DNA of 64,000 bases. It comes from Carpediemonas membranifera BICM. Its lineage: Eukaryota; Protista; Fornicata. Positions 1-12,275 of this stretch are shown piece by piece. Made by a program: the position numbers and the translations under genes. Numbering within the stretch: position 1 is the stretch's first letter; each line of letters opens with the position of its first letter. The notes below the pieces were generated by a model. That model made no database searches. It worked only from the letters and a program-made list of their open reading frames with translations, and was not told where the DNA came from. The stretch is from contig JAHDYR010000064.1 of assembly GCA_019828565.1 (NCBI GenBank), positions 665,162 to 729,161 of the forward strand, given 5' to 3'.

Positions 1-2802
1 TGGCTATCCACTTCTTAACGAGCTAGGCGTCGTTCGCTTTGATATGGGCGAACCAGACGTTTCTGACACTGACAGCGAGGTGGACGTGGACCTCAACGTC
101 ATAGAGACCGACGATAACCAGGAGCCCCAGTGCCTGGTGCCCGAGCTAGCTTCAGAAGTCAGAGGCCCTTCAAAGGCGCTTTCCTGAGCTGTTCGGCGGT
201 CTGACAGCCACGCCAGCCAAGGTCACACCCTTCGACATTGTCCTCGAGGAAGGAATGACCACCAACTGCCCACCATACCGCTACTCAGCCGCTGTCCTCG
301 AAGAAATTCGCCGGCAGACTGAGGAGCAGGAGGCAACTGGAATCATTCAACCCTCAGAGTCGCAGTTCAACTCCCCAATCGTTGCCGTCACCAAGCGTGA
401 CGGGACAATAAGACTGTGCCTTGACTTCCGCCGGGTCAACGAGATTACCCGACCTGACGAGCACCCCTGCCTATCATTGATGACCTCGTGGGAACCCTGG
501 AAGGAAAGCAGTTTTTCGCTGCAATAGACTTGTCCAAGGCCTTCCTTCAAATCCCACTCACTGATACAGCAAGAACCATTACTGCATTTGTTGCTGCCGG
601 GAAGAAATACGAGTACTTACGGATGCCTTTCGGCCTCCGGAACGCCGCAATACATTGCCAGAGATGCCTAGAGGAAGCCCTGGGTCCCGCTCTCTACATA
701 AGAGCGCTGGTCTACATTGATGACATCGTTGTCTTCGGTAACGACCAAGATGAGTTCATCAGCAATCTGAGGGATATGTTAGAACGGCTCGACGCCGCCA
801 ACCTTCGGATCAACGCCAAGAAGACCATCCTCGCAGCCCGAAGCATCGACTATCTCGGATGGCATGTCTCCGCGGAAGGGAAATCCATCTCGACCGATCG
901 TCTCGAACCCATCCGCACGCTCAAGGCCCCCTCAAACATCTCTGAGGTACGCAGCCTCTTAGGTCTCGTCAACTATTTCCGCCCGATGATACCGAGCTTC
1001 GCTGTGACAGCTGAGCCGATCCTAGCACTAACGCGATCCGGCGTCGCGTGGCGCTGGGAGGCCCCCAACAGCAAGCCCTCGAGCGGATCAAGGGAGACCC
1101 TCCTGGATAACATGGTCCTGGCCCACCCGAAACCAAACCAGCCCCTTCACCTGTTTACTGATGCCAGCGACATAGGCATAGGTGCGGTGCTCACTACCGG
1201 GACCGGCTCGGAGATGAAAGTCGTCTCCTATTTTTCCAAGACTCTGACCCCCGTCCAACGTAGGTGGTCTACCTATGAACAAGAAGGTTTCGCTATTATA
1301 TCAGCGATTGCTCAGGCACAACACTTTCTCAGGGGTCGCCACTTCACACTGCATACCGACCACCGTAATCTGGTCTTTATGGCCACCGCCACAGCACCCA
1401 AGGTCCAGAGGTGGCGCCTGCAGCTTCAGACATACGACTTCGACATTGTGCATGTGGCCGGCGCCGACAACGGCGCCGCCGACGCACTTAGTCGCCTTCT
1501 ATCTGTCACGCTACTTCCCTCCGAACGGGAGGAGCTAATTATGCATTTCCACGGCCGACGTGGAGGCCATGTCGGATATAGGGCCGTTGTAGAGCACCTC
1601 CGAGAGGCAGGCCACACTTGGAAAGGCATGGTAGCCGACACTCGACGTGTCATCTCCACCTGCCCTACCTGCCAGCTGACAAGGCCTACGAAGCCCGCAC
1701 AGACATCCATGGGACGCACCGCCGCCAGTGCTCCATTCGAGCGGATTCAGATAGACACGCTCGGCCCTCTCCCCTGTTGCCGACACCGGCGAGAGATATC
1801 TCCTAGTCCTTGTGGACACTTTCAGCAAGTATACTAAGCTTTACCCCACAGTGACTTGCTCGGCGAGCGCCGCTGCCGCTGCCATCCGCGATTGGTCCGC
1901 CAATTTCGGCAGACCTAAGGAGATACAGTCCGATAACGCCACTCAATTCACAGCCCAGGCCATCGCCGAGCTCCACGAACGTCTCGACTTATCCCACCGC
2001 TTCTCCCCCGCCCTACCACCCAGCCGCCAACGGCATAGTGGAACGCCAGAACGCGGAGATCATTAAGTATATGAGGTCACTGCTTTTCGACAACCGGCAA
2101 GACAAGACGGAGTGGCCCAGCCTAATCCCGGCCGTCACCTATATCCTCAACGCGACACCCAACACTCGCAGCAAATTGTCCCCACTGAAGCTTTTTGTTT
2201 AACGCGAACTTCACACCGGTGGATCCTACAACGCTCGCTAGTGAGCCGCACATTGCCGCGCAGATTGAACAATTCCGCGCCGACATCAACAATTGGGCGC
2301 AAATACAGGAGGAAATGCTCGTAGCCCAGCAAGAAAGACGTCCGAAGAGTGGTCAGAGCTTCCAAGCCGACGACTATGTCCTCTTATGGCCAACCAGCAA
2401 GCCTTCCAAGCTCGATCGCCGTGTGAGAGGCCCATTGCTGGTTGTGGGGGCGGGAACTATCCGTAATACGTATGAACTACAAGACTTGGTGTCCCTAGCC
2501 ACCTTCACCGTCCACGCGGACCGCCTGACGCCATTCTACACCAAGCTCACACGAGATGAAGTCACGGAGTACGCCACGCGGCAGACCGGCGAATACCTAG
2601 TTGAAGCCATCGTTGACCATCACTTAGACAACGATAATCGTCTGTTTCTCACCATCAAATGGCTCAACTACGAGCCGGAAGAGTCCACAGATGAGCCCTT
2701 CTCCCGAGAGCTAGATCAGCTTGAAGCCCTCGACCGTTATGTCGGGTCACATCCAGAGGTCATACCCCTCCTAGCGCGTGCCCGCCGGGCATGGGGGGCG
2801 GA
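1..2802 (+). mobile_element. pol: Ty3/Gypsy chromovirus G1, partial pol (RT-RNaseH-integrase-chromodomain), frameshifted
   Basis: ORFs 255-527, 488-1837, 1812-2066 and 2195-2983 carry RLCLDFR, MPFGL, YIDD, RNase H TDASD/TDHRNL, integrase HHCC and IDTLGP/SDN, and chromodomain EYLVEAIVDH...KWLNY. A PPT-like G-run lies at ~2793. No 3' LTR was recognised. Confidence 0.92.
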
Positions 2803-3355
2803 GCAAGTCGCAGCGCCCTCGGCACTAAGCTGCACACAAAGGCCTCGAGAGGCATTTCTCCCAAACTGCTTCATTCCACGCCGACAAGCCAGTTATCTTC
2901 AGAGTTACGGCAGAATCTTCACAGACTTACCGTATCATTCTCATCACGCTGAGCTTTCCTTTATCCCACCAACTTTTGGTTGATACAACCGCCCCGTTGC
3001 TGCATATAGGCAGATACACAAGGATTGATCTCCTTTATAGATATGATGCCTATTCCACAAGTTCCAGCGTGATCGGCGACATCAAGTTGCTGACGGCAAC
3101 TTTTCGTTCCGACGAGAACTCCGCCCACGCACGTTGATCATAGCCGGTACTACGCCAACGCATTCCCCCAGGGCGGCCAACGAACTGAGCCCACTTTCAG
3201 TTTTTCGCCAACTTCATCCCTTCATACGTTCGTTCAGCGATGACTCGAACTTAGAGTCGTGCACTTTAAGGGTTGGATCAAAGTTCTGACTATCCAGACG
3301 CAGATGATGCCTACCAACATCATGGGGGTAGTGTAGACCTTCGGGTCGATTAGTT

Positions 3356-5130
3356 TTATCCAATTTTGTGTCCCGGGTCAAACCCTATAAATCCTCTCTC
3401 TCCTCTCATCGCTACATCTACCATGGGGCATTCGCATATTATGTGCGATGCTGACCCTATCCTCTGTTCCTCTGCCCAGTCTCTGATGAGTCTCTGTTCT
3501 CTGATCTGGTCTGGTTTCTCCAAGAGGATCGTCCACAGTAGGTCGATCTCAGTCTCTCTTGAGCATAGGGGGCACCTTCTCTGGATCTCTTCCCTTACCT
3601 TCCCTTTATCTGAGGTGGATGCGAACACTGTGATTTCCATGATGTCTCTGCTTGTCCTCATAATGCTTGCCTGCACTCTTCCCGATAGCCTATCAGTGAT
3701 GCAGACGTCCCATATTGCTCTGGCGTGTGGGCTGACGATTGTGCCGATGCCTTCTCTGGTTCCCTGCCACTTAGGTGTTGGGGGTCGTCGCCTATGACTC
3801 CCAGTTGTCTGTTCACGCGATGCTGGCTCCTGGTCTCTCTTTTCCGCTTTTCGTTCGTTGTTGCTAGTGTTTCCTCTGTTTCTCTGCCTGCAAAAGCGTA
3901 CTGGAAGTCTATGAAGTTGTGGACTCTTGTGTTTGTTGTTCTCCATGTCTCTTGCATGCAGACTGCTTCAATGTCTCTGAATTTGGTTTGTATTGCTGTT
4001 GCTATTGATGCCGTGAAGTCCTTTCCTCGTCCTATGTGCCCCTGAGTTCAGGCTTAAGATCTTGAACGTTTCCATGTTGTACTCTGCTCTGATCCTTATC
4101 CTGCGAATTCTGAGAATTTCTGCAGGGGCTAAGTGTTCACTGTGTCACTGTCCCGTCAAGGGGCCTCGATGCCGGTCTTGGTAACCCTTGGCGGGCCAGC
4201 CTCCGTGCTTCTTGGTGACCGATTCGCCCTCAGGCATGGATACTTAGGAGGGGGCGCAGTGGCGTGACCCCCCCTTTGGCTGCCGCCACAGCCCACTGGC
4301 AGTGCCCGTAGGCTAATGCCAGGCCCTGGGTGGGAGCCAGGGCTTGTTAAAAGAAAAATAAAGACTGTCTCTGAAACTCTGCAATACGTTACTTTACTCC
4401 CTCCTGTTCCAGTCTTGCGTTTACTGCGAGACTTGAGAGAGCAACCTGCTCGATGGCCATTCCACGTTCGTCGCTACTGTCATGCCACTGCCCCAGGTAC
4501 CGCCTACTGACTGGGGTGTGTCGGCGGCGGCAGGGGGGGGCCTTCTCATCCGTGGACTGCCCGGCCACCCTCACCTGCCCCTGGTATTCTCTGATCTCTG
4601 CTCGGTCTCTGCTCTTGATGTGCTGTTGTTGTCTGGTCTCAGCCTCTGAAAGGCAAAACTGTCGGTCTAGTGTGGCCGCTGTGGTCCATGCACGCTGCTG
4701 AATCTGCTGGAGGTGCTGTTAGTATTTGTATGTTGCTGTTTGCTTTGGTCTCTGCATACCTTTGAGGCATATCTGCATTTGGTCTCAGGATGTTCGTCGA
4801 TGCACTGTCTCTGAAAGCTTCCCGGATGGTCTATGTTGGTCATATGGTTGCTTACTATAAATATGTTCGTTATCTGCGGTCACTGTTTGTTTCTCTGTAA
4901 TTCTCTGATACTTTTGCTGCGATTCTTCGTTGCCATTTTCGCCTGCATGAAAAAAAGTTGGCTAATGTATCGTCCTGAAAATCGGTCAGCGTGGCCTTGT
5001 GCGGCTCCTGCAACTGTGTAGGGGTCTCAGTTTTCTTCTTTTTCTCTGGTTCGGCCGTAAACTGCGTTACGGCGAAATGGCGCACTGTCCAAAAATGCAC
5101 GCTGATTTTCTCGCTGGGTGGTCTCGGGAT
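3356..5130 (-). mobile_element. Internally deleted, degenerate relative of the LINE at 55706-63982
   Basis: ORFs 3658-3957 and 3356-3946 match the LINE ORF2 APE N-terminus (QETWRT..., GTREGIGTIVSPH, LSGRVQASIMRT) fused directly to its C-terminal CPLCS...HIICECP zinc finger, with RT deleted. It shares the pre-ORF2 structured region and a 5' leader motif (5075-5111 vs 55721-55756). Ends are approximate. Confidence 0.85.
4093..4347 (-). ncRNA. Conserved structured cis-RNA upstream of LINE ORF2 (copy 1)
   Basis: Alignable to 59352-59612, with conserved hairpins and compensatory changes. Confidence 0.6.
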
Positions 5131-5655
5131 TTTAGGACTGACTTCACTCCAGGTAGTGCCTACATGAGGGCTATCTTTGGTCTCTGTGCCTCTGCTTGAT
5201 CACTCCTCCTTCACCGTGAACATGCCAAAAACCAAAAGTGGTCGCGGCTTCTCGGTGTTCTCTGTGGGTTTCCCTGCTTTCTCTGTTAAATCTCTGTTCA
5301 TTATCCTCTTATAGTGTCTCTGTGTTGGGCGTGGAGCTCCCACTCGCGCCCGGCGGAGATCCATGAATGCACCTTTGAGTTTGGCGGACAGGAAGCTGAG
5401 GCCGCTCCTTCTGAGCTGATGGGGGCGCTGTACCAGTTTACTGGGACAGGCCGTTGGCCTTTTATCCATCCCCGAACATAGTCTTTCGACTTAGCTGAAT
5501 TCGATGGCGGACTGGTTCCGACACAGAGGATGATAGCTTTTCGACGGTCACTCGCAAGGACAAGAACAACAATGACAAGACGTTCACCGTCTGTGAGCTC
5601 TGTTCAAACGCTGAGAAGCAGACTATATGCATGAAGGGAGGCTGTGAGACTGATA

Positions 5656-6284
5656 TCAGCGTTTTCGCGGCCCTTTGCCCATCATTCGTCGTCTGAATTT
5701 TTTCGTGCAGAATTCAGACGAGTGTCGCCTGGCAGAGGCTGAGCAGCGGAGCTTAGTCCCTGTGGCACCACTCGTCTGGCCCAGCTCCCGGGCATGCTCA
5801 CGAAAATACAGGTGCAGATTTGGGAGCAGAATGATCGACGAACCCCGAAAACGCCATAACCGGCACCAGTGAGCGCATCTTCGTTGATGAAGCTCATTGG
5901 TGCTGGTAATATGGCGTTTTCGGGGTTCAAATACTGTACTCCTCATCCCTGGCGCCTCATCCTGGCGCCCTCATCCCTGGCGCCCTCATCTTGGCTCCCT
6001 CATCCTGGCGCCTCATCCCTGGCGCCGTCATCCCTGGCGCCCACACAGCACCCCTACGCCAGCGCCATCAATCCCCAACGGCACAGTAAACAGAAAATGC
6101 ACTTTATGCTCTTACACCATGGCGTTTGGAGACGAAAACGAACACCCATGGTACCTGCAGGTAAGGTAAGGTAAGGTAATTTCCGGTGATCGCGTTCGTT
6201 GCAAGTAATCACCATCATTGATCGCAACAGGCCGGGCACGGAGGCAGGCCCAAGTGATCCAGGGGCTGGTCGATCTTGCAGATC
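5656..6284. repeat. Dispersed repeat A, copy 1 (89-nt hairpin, 14-15 bp VNTR x7, (GGTAA)4)
   Basis: Matches 21567-22138 except for VNTR unit number (7 vs 3 units of cctcatccctggcgc). Hairpin at 5840-5928; (GGTAA)4 at ~6160-6179. Confidence 0.9.
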
Positions 6285-6697
6285 ATGCCACAACACTGCA
6301 TCTAGTCCCATCTAGTCCCAATTCACGCGTGTATATACGCTACAGAGGACCGTATCTGGCCTTAGGAAACGGCTATGGGGTGCAGGTGGTTAATCCTTAA
6401 AGTGCGTTGCATCGATGCAACAAGCAACTACCTCAAACGTGCGAGCTACCATCGATTTCTTGGCATCAACACGACTCATTGAAGTCAGATAACTATGCGG
6501 TCAGCAATGAGCACACTAAACAACATCACTGTGCCAAAATACATCTTTGGACATCAGGCATGCCACAGAACATGTAAGCAACATCAAACCCGCCTAATTC
6601 CAGCTCATTTAGTCAATAAACACATCAACACATTCCAATATCTCCTCATGATGCGCCAGATGGCAAGTGACTCTGGCCTGCTCCTCCGGTGAATGAC
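6284..6697. repeat. Dispersed repeat B, copy 1 (414 bp)
   Basis: Direct repeat of 20481-20894. Confidence 0.9.
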
Positions 6698-6812
6698 GAT
6701 CGACAACGACAATCTTAGCCCGCAAGTGACCTAATTGATGTGGTATCCCGCTGTACGTCCAAATGTCTGCTGCAGGTCATGAACCGCTGGCTACACGGGC
6801 ATATCCAAATCT

Positions 6813-7591
6813 TTATTCAATCTCAACGACCTCGCACTTCTTCTGGTACAGCGTGGCGTGAGCCGGATCGCCTTCGATGACAATAGCGAAATTATCTGTC
6901 AACCCCCACATTCCTGCATCGGGTGCAAGCATGGTGGTGCCATCAAACAGGTATAAGATGGCGGAGATGCCTTGCATGCCGTTGTATCCGTCGTATGACT
7001 GGACAACAAGGATGTTCCGCTTCTGTTTCCTCGCCCAGACTCGGATGGCGTTCGAGTTATAGTAGCCGGAGTCCGGATCTGTCAGGCTACGCTCCGTGAA
7101 ATTCTTCTTAGACCAGTACTTGGCCTTCACTGACTGGCAGAGGCCACGCTGCCACCTTTCGAAGTCGCCATCAACTCTGCCACCCAACTCAATGGCTTGG
7201 AGACAATATGCAACGCAGTTGCCGTCACTCTTGACATGAATCGCGGTACAGCCAGCCGTGAGAGCCTCCGCGTTGATGCACGTCTGCACCGCGGCCTCAG
7301 AGGTGATGCGAGTCTGAGTCTCCGGCTCAGTCTGGATGCAGGCGTCGCATTTGGTCACGTCCTCCTCATGTGACTCACCCTTCCTCTCCTCTGTCACCAC
7401 CTCCTCGTGTGCCTCGCGCTTCTTCTCCTCTGTCACCATCTCCTCCTCGTCTGACTCCTCTGAGTTGCTATCGACATCAGCGATCTTCTGAGGGATTGTC
7501 ATGAGGGCCTTGCGCTTCATGTGGATTGTGTCGCTCTTCCCCGTACGGCGGGGGGTACTCGTTCGTGCTTGGTGTGTGCCCGACTGGGGTA
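6813..7591 (-). pseudogene. 3' half of a gene with an acidic region and C-terminal OTU-like cysteine protease domain, split by Gypsy GA
   Basis: VKSDGNC catalytic Asp/Cys motif and distal His (GDPAHA). Removing GA and one GGTA TSD joins it in frame to 12276-12997 (RRDLP|QSGTH). Confidence 0.7.
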
Positions 7592-7648
7592 TGTGCCATT
7601 GTTGGCTTGCGCAGGTAGATCTGTTTACATAAACTGCACTGGCTCTCA
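7592..7648 (-). repeat. GA 3' LTR (57 bp)
   Basis: tgagagcc...atggcaca on the minus strand, preceded by the PPT. Confidence 0.95.
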
Positions 7649-7676
7649 CTTCCCTCCTCAAGGCGAAGCTAGCCAG

Positions 7677-9428
7677 CTAACGGCGGCCATTGCCCCGGAA
7701 CTTCCGCTTGTAACGTGCGAAGAGGGGCATGAGACCTGGGTTGAGGCGTAGGTAGTCATCCAGGGCGGCGAGGCGGTCGTAATATGCGTTATACGGAATG
7801 TACGAGTCCTCGGAGTCTTCTAGGCCTTCCCAGTGGACGAGGAGCTCGAGGCGTCGGTTGCGCTCGCGGTGGCCGACGATGGCGGAGACTTGTTGTTCGT
7901 CTTGTTCGTATGCGGCGATGCGCTCGAGTGTCTTGAGGTCTGCTGTGCCTGGGTCGAAGCGAATGAGGCGGTCCTGGTGGACGAGCAGCTCGGACTTGGT
8001 GACGAGGTCACGGAGGACGAATGTGTTGGGGATCTTCCCTTCCCTGAGGAGTTGTAGCGGGCCGCGGACTGGAGGCAGAATCTTGGATGGGGCCTTGTGA
8101 GGATATCTCAGGAGCACTAGGCGTTCGAGTTTCCAGTCGAAGTTGTCCGCCGGTTGGGTTTGTGCGGCCTTGTGACGCTCGTATGCGGCGATCTTCGCGC
8201 GGGCTGCGTCGTGCATGGCCTGTATGTCGGTGTGGAATGCGTTAATGGCCTGGATGGTAGGTGTGTCTTGCGTCGCCTTGGCGGCGCTGATGATGCGTGA
8301 CTCCGGGAGGGCCGTGAGCGCGGACGTGTGTCCGAAAAGCAGCTCGAACGGCGTGAAGCCGGTAGTCGAGTGTGTCGAAGTGTTGATAATGTGTTGCACG
8401 ATTGGGATAAGTGCGGGCCAGTCGGTCGTTTCTGAGTCTAGTAGCAGGGCGCGCAGTCTGCGCATGATGGTCCCATTGACTCTCTCGACAACGCCGTTAC
8501 TCTGTGGGTGGTACGCCGTGGAGAACCTGTGGTTCAGGCTGATCTTCTTGTTGAGAGCGGCGATGGTTGAGTTCTTGAACTGACTTCCCTGGTCTGTCTG
8601 GATCAGGCTGGGTGCGCCGAAGAGCGACCACACCTGGAGCATCGCGTCGGCGGCTTCTTCTGCCGAGGTTGACGCAACCGGCTTGAGCACAGTGAACTTG
8701 CTGAAGACGTCAATGAACACGATCACGTGAGCGAGGCCATTCGTCTTTGGAAGCGGGCCGAGCGTGTCTATCTGCACCGCCTCGAATGGGCGGGTCTTCT
8801 GGGTCGTATGCCACTGGGCCTTGGCGATGGGGTGGGATTTGAGCTTCTGGCAGACTGGGCAAGTCGCGACGTGCTCCGCGACGTCTGAGTTCATGGAAGA
8901 CCAGGTCTTGCCGGCTTCCTTGAGATGGGCGATCGTTTGTTTGATCGAAGCATGGCCGTTGGCTCCAGCGTGGGCCTGCTGAATGTCGAAGCGGTGGGTG
9001 CTGCTGGCGATTTCGCTGATCGCCGCGCCGCTGGGGCGGGAGAGGGCGTCCGCGACGACGTTAGTTGTCCCTGCGATATGCATGATGTCGAAGGGGTACT
9101 CGGATAGGATGAGTCTCCATCGCGTGAGCTTGCGCGTCCCTTCCTCAGCCTTGCGAATCATCCACACGATGTTCTTGTGATCTGTGAGTACGGTGAATGG
9201 CTTCAGCTTGAGAATCTGGCTAAACTCTGGCCGGGTGATGCAGTATATGACTGCGTAGAGCTCTTGCTCGACCGTCGCCCAGCGGCGTTGGGTCTCTGTG
9301 AACGTCTTTGAGAAGTACGCGAGGGGTTTCTTCGTGTCGCCCTCGTGTTGCCACAGCACTCCGCCGGCTGCGATTGTGGACGCGTCTGTCTCAAGTGTCC
9401 ACTTGCAGGTCAGGTTGGGTAGTGCCAA
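7677..9428 (-). CDS. pol: GA RNase H-integrase-chromodomain
   Basis: ETDAS, TDHKN, HHCC, IDTLGP/TDQGSQF/ERVN, and chromodomain LLVHWEG. Confidence 0.92.
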   Translation of the reverse strand: MALPNLTCKWTLETDASTIAAGGVLWQHEGDTKKPLAYFSKTFTETQRRWATVEQELYAVIYCITRPEFSQILKLKPFTVLTDHKNIVWMIRKAEEGTRKLTRWRLILSEYPFDIMHIAGTTNVVADALSRPSGAAISEIASSTHRFDIQQAHAGANGHASIKQTIAHLKEAGKTWSSMNSDVAEHVATCPVCQKLKSHPIAKAQWHTTQKTRPFEAVQIDTLGPLPKTNGLAHVIVFIDVFSKFTVLKPVASTSAEEAADAMLQVWSLFGAPSLIQTDQGSQFKNSTIAALNKKISLNHRFSTAYHPQSNGVVERVNGTIMRRLRALLLDSETTDWPALIPIVQHIINTSTHSTTGFTPFELLFGHTSALTALPESRIISAAKATQDTPTIQAINAFHTDIQAMHDAARAKIAAYERHKAAQTQPADNFDWKLERLVLLRYPHKAPSKILPPVRGPLQLLREGKIPNTFVLRDLVTKSELLVHQDRLIRFDPGTADLKTLERIAAYEQDEQQVSAIVGHRERNRRLELLVHWEGLEDSEDSYIPYNAYYDRLAALDDYLRLNPGLMPLFARYKRKFRGNGRR

Positions 9429-9483
9429 TGCCTTGTTGTCGGTGCACAGCTCCTTCAGAGCCGCGAATGCCTTGTCGTGTTCC

Positions 9484-12225
9484 TCAGTCCAAGGGAGCTT
9501 GTCTAGCTTCTTGGGTGACCCCTTGAGGAGGGCGTTGAGGGGGGGCTGTGGCTGAGCTGAGTTGCGGGAGGTAGTTTGCGAGGTGGTTAAACTTGCCCAT
9601 CGTGCGTCTGAGCTCTGTGACGGTGGTGGGGGCGGGCAGCTCCTTCAGCGCGGCGACGCGGCCTGGGCTCACCGAGCGGCCGGAGCTGTTGATGATGAAT
9701 CCGCAGACCTCCACTTCGGCGGCGCCGATGGTACATTTGTCCGCGCGGAGGCGCAGGCGGTTGTCCTTGGCTCTCTGGAGGGTGAGTCTCAGGGTGTTGA
9801 GGAATCCTTCTTCGGTCCGTGCGTAGAGGAATATGTCATCCACGTAGACCCGGTGGCCGGGGATGCCATCTAGCACGGCCTCCATCGCTCGTTGAAACTT
9901 GGAGGGGGCGTTCTTAAGTCCAAACGGGACCCTGAGGAACTCGAATTGGTGCCCGGGGACTACGAACGAGGTAAGGTGGATGCTGGCCGGCTCCATCAGC
10001 TGCTGCCAGTATCCGGACCGGAGATCGAGTGATGCAAAGTAAGAGCATCCGCCGGCTTCGTGGGGCAGGTCCCTCAGATCGGGGGAGGGGAAAGGCGTCG
10101 TCCTTCGTGGCGTCGTTAAGATCGTTGAATGCGACGCAGAAGCGGGGTTCGCCGTTCTTCTTGGTTGCCATCGTGTGGCGGCTGGCGTGCTCGGACTGGC
10201 TGTCTCGTATGATGCCGAGCTTCTTCATCTTCTCGATCTCGGAGAGGGCGGCTGAGCCAGCCTCTCCGACAAGCTGTCGAGGACGGCACTTGAGGTGAAA
10301 ATCGCGTGTGAGTTCGATCTTGTGAGGCTGTAGTTTGCTGCCTTCGGGCGGGAGAGCCGGGTCGAACACCTCATCGAACTCCTCGACGATGCTTCGGACC
10401 TTGTTGGCGAACTCGGTGCCGTGGTCGTCCGGGATCGCGACGGCGAGCGAATGCTTCGAGTCCGAGGTTGACGCCGCTTCGAAGACGTCGGCGTCGATCA
10501 TGTTGTGCTCTTCTAGATCGTCCTTATCATCCGGCTTCTCGGACGGGAGTATCAGTAGGCGGTCGTTGAGGACGTAGCCGATGTGCCTGAGGAGGTCCTT
10601 GCCGATCAGCATCCTGTCGCTGGTGCCTGTGATCATGTGGACGTCCCAGTCGAGCGTGACGGTTTTGCCATCCATGCCAGGGAGTGTGATGGACATGGTG
10701 GCGATCTTGCCCACGGAGATAACGCGGTCGTCCGCGGCGAACAGGCGGAGGTCCGACTCGCGCCATTGGATGTTTCCTGGTATCTTTGGGGCGAGGTGCT
10801 CGGATATGACGCAGACATCTGCGCCAGTGTCGAGCTTGGCTGGAAGTTGGACGGTTCCGGCGACCGTTACGGTTGTCTGTATGGGAATGGAGGTCGTTTG
10901 GACCTCGCCGACGGCGCCATCGCGTTGGTTCGCTCCGCAGTCCTTGGTTGTATGCTTTGAGTTCCAGCCATGCCTGTCACACCAGCGATTGAAAGACTTC
11001 GGGATGTAGAAATGCTCCTTGTCCTTAAACTGCTTGAACGGGTCCTGGCCTTCGACCTTGTGGGCCTTCGGCTTCAGCGGCTGGCCCTCGCGAGCAGAGG
11101 TGTCCTTGTTCGAGCACTGACTGTTATCATGCGGTGCCTTATTGTCGGCCGGGATCGGCTTCGTCTTGGTCGACACGGCATAGGCCTGCCAGGGGACGAC
11201 GATCTGGCCGAGATGGTCGGTCTCGAGGGTCGAGAGGGCGTCTATGCAGTCGCGGGCGGGACGCCAGTTGCCGTCCGAATCCCGCTCGATCAGCGCCTCG
11301 TATAGCGGGATCGCGTCGTCGTCGTATCCCTTGAGGGCGACAGACCGGACCGCAGCGCGGAGGGCGCTGTCGGGGATCTTATGGTAGCCATCGGCCTCGA
11401 CGACGGGGTTGTACCCGTCGCACGCCTTCTGCAGGCGCAGAGTGTTAAGGCGGTGGGCCGCGTTCTGGCCGTACAGTTGGGTGCCCTTGCTCGTGATGGC
11501 CTTGAGGCGTGCACCGCGGTCGAGTGTTGGCATCAGGGTAAGGTACAGGTGAGGCAGGATGGTCCTGGCCTCGGCGCGAAGCTGGTCACGCACGGACACG
11601 GGGGCGGAGGGGGCGGCCGTTGCCGCTGACGGGAGAGAGTTGACGATTCTCGCGACATCCGCGGCCGATCGGGCCGGTTTGTCGTCCAGGGGGTTCGTTA
11701 GCGTCGCGAAGGTGAGGGTCGCATCCGGGTCCGCCTCGTGGCGGTCGTGGCTGGCCGTGCAGAGGCTGGCGAGCTTATCGTTCAGCTCGGCCTCGGCGCG
11801 GTCGTAAACAGCCTGCATCCGGCGCATCGCCGGGTCGAGAAGCGGGCTGTCCTTATAGGTGTTGGCGGCTGCAGCACAGAGCAAGAAGAGATCGTCCTGC
11901 AGAGCGTCGATGATCGCGCGGTATCTTGCGCGGCACGACGTGGCGTGTCTGTCAGGTTCTTGCTTGGCGTGTTGTGCCTGCGAGACCACGTCAGGGATAA
12001 GGGAGTCCCAGAACGACTCGAAGGTCGGTAACGTGGAGGTGGGCCGCCATGTGGCTTGTAGAAGCTCGAGGGTCTTTGCCGTGAATGCGTGGGGGAAAGA
12101 ACGGGGTCTTTTGACGTTACCGACTTCCCGTAACCAGATCTCGTACCCCGTTGTGAGGGAAGAGACGTCTATCACGGATAGACCACTGTGTGATTCTGTA
12201 GAAGCAGAATATCGATATTGTGCCA
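9484..12225 (-). CDS. gag-pol: GA gag-protease-RT (frameshift near 10080)
   Basis: C-terminal part of ORF 9914-12997 plus ORF 9484-9996. Motifs: CxxHxxxxxHxxxxC knuckle, LDTGAD, VPFGLKNAP, YVDD. Confidence 0.88.
12208..12219. promoter_or_regulatory. Palindrome AATATCGATATT at the PBS position of GA
   Basis: Perfect 12-bp palindrome overlapping the last base of the 5' LTR; no TGG-type PBS. Confidence 0.85.
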
Positions 12226-12275
12226 TTGTTGGCTTGCGCAGGTAGATCTGTTTACATAAACTGCACTGGCTCTCA
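12219..12275 (-). repeat. GA 5' LTR (57 bp)
   Basis: Identical to 7592-7648. Confidence 0.95.

Larger units (their letters stand above)
7592..12275 (-). mobile_element. Full-length Gypsy chromovirus GA with 57-bp LTRs
   Basis: Identical TG..CA LTRs at 7592-7648 and 12219-12275, GGTA TSD, PPT gaggagggaag, and gag-PR(LDTGAD)-RT(YVDD)-RH-IN-chromodomain spread over three frames. Confidence 0.96.

Noticed and set aside
5941-6040. CRISPR array
   Set aside because: The 14-15 bp units are contiguous with no unique spacers and no cas genes; this is a minisatellite.
6159-6179. Telomeric repeat (GGTAA)4
   Set aside because: Only four internal units within a dispersed repeat, with no chromosome-end context.
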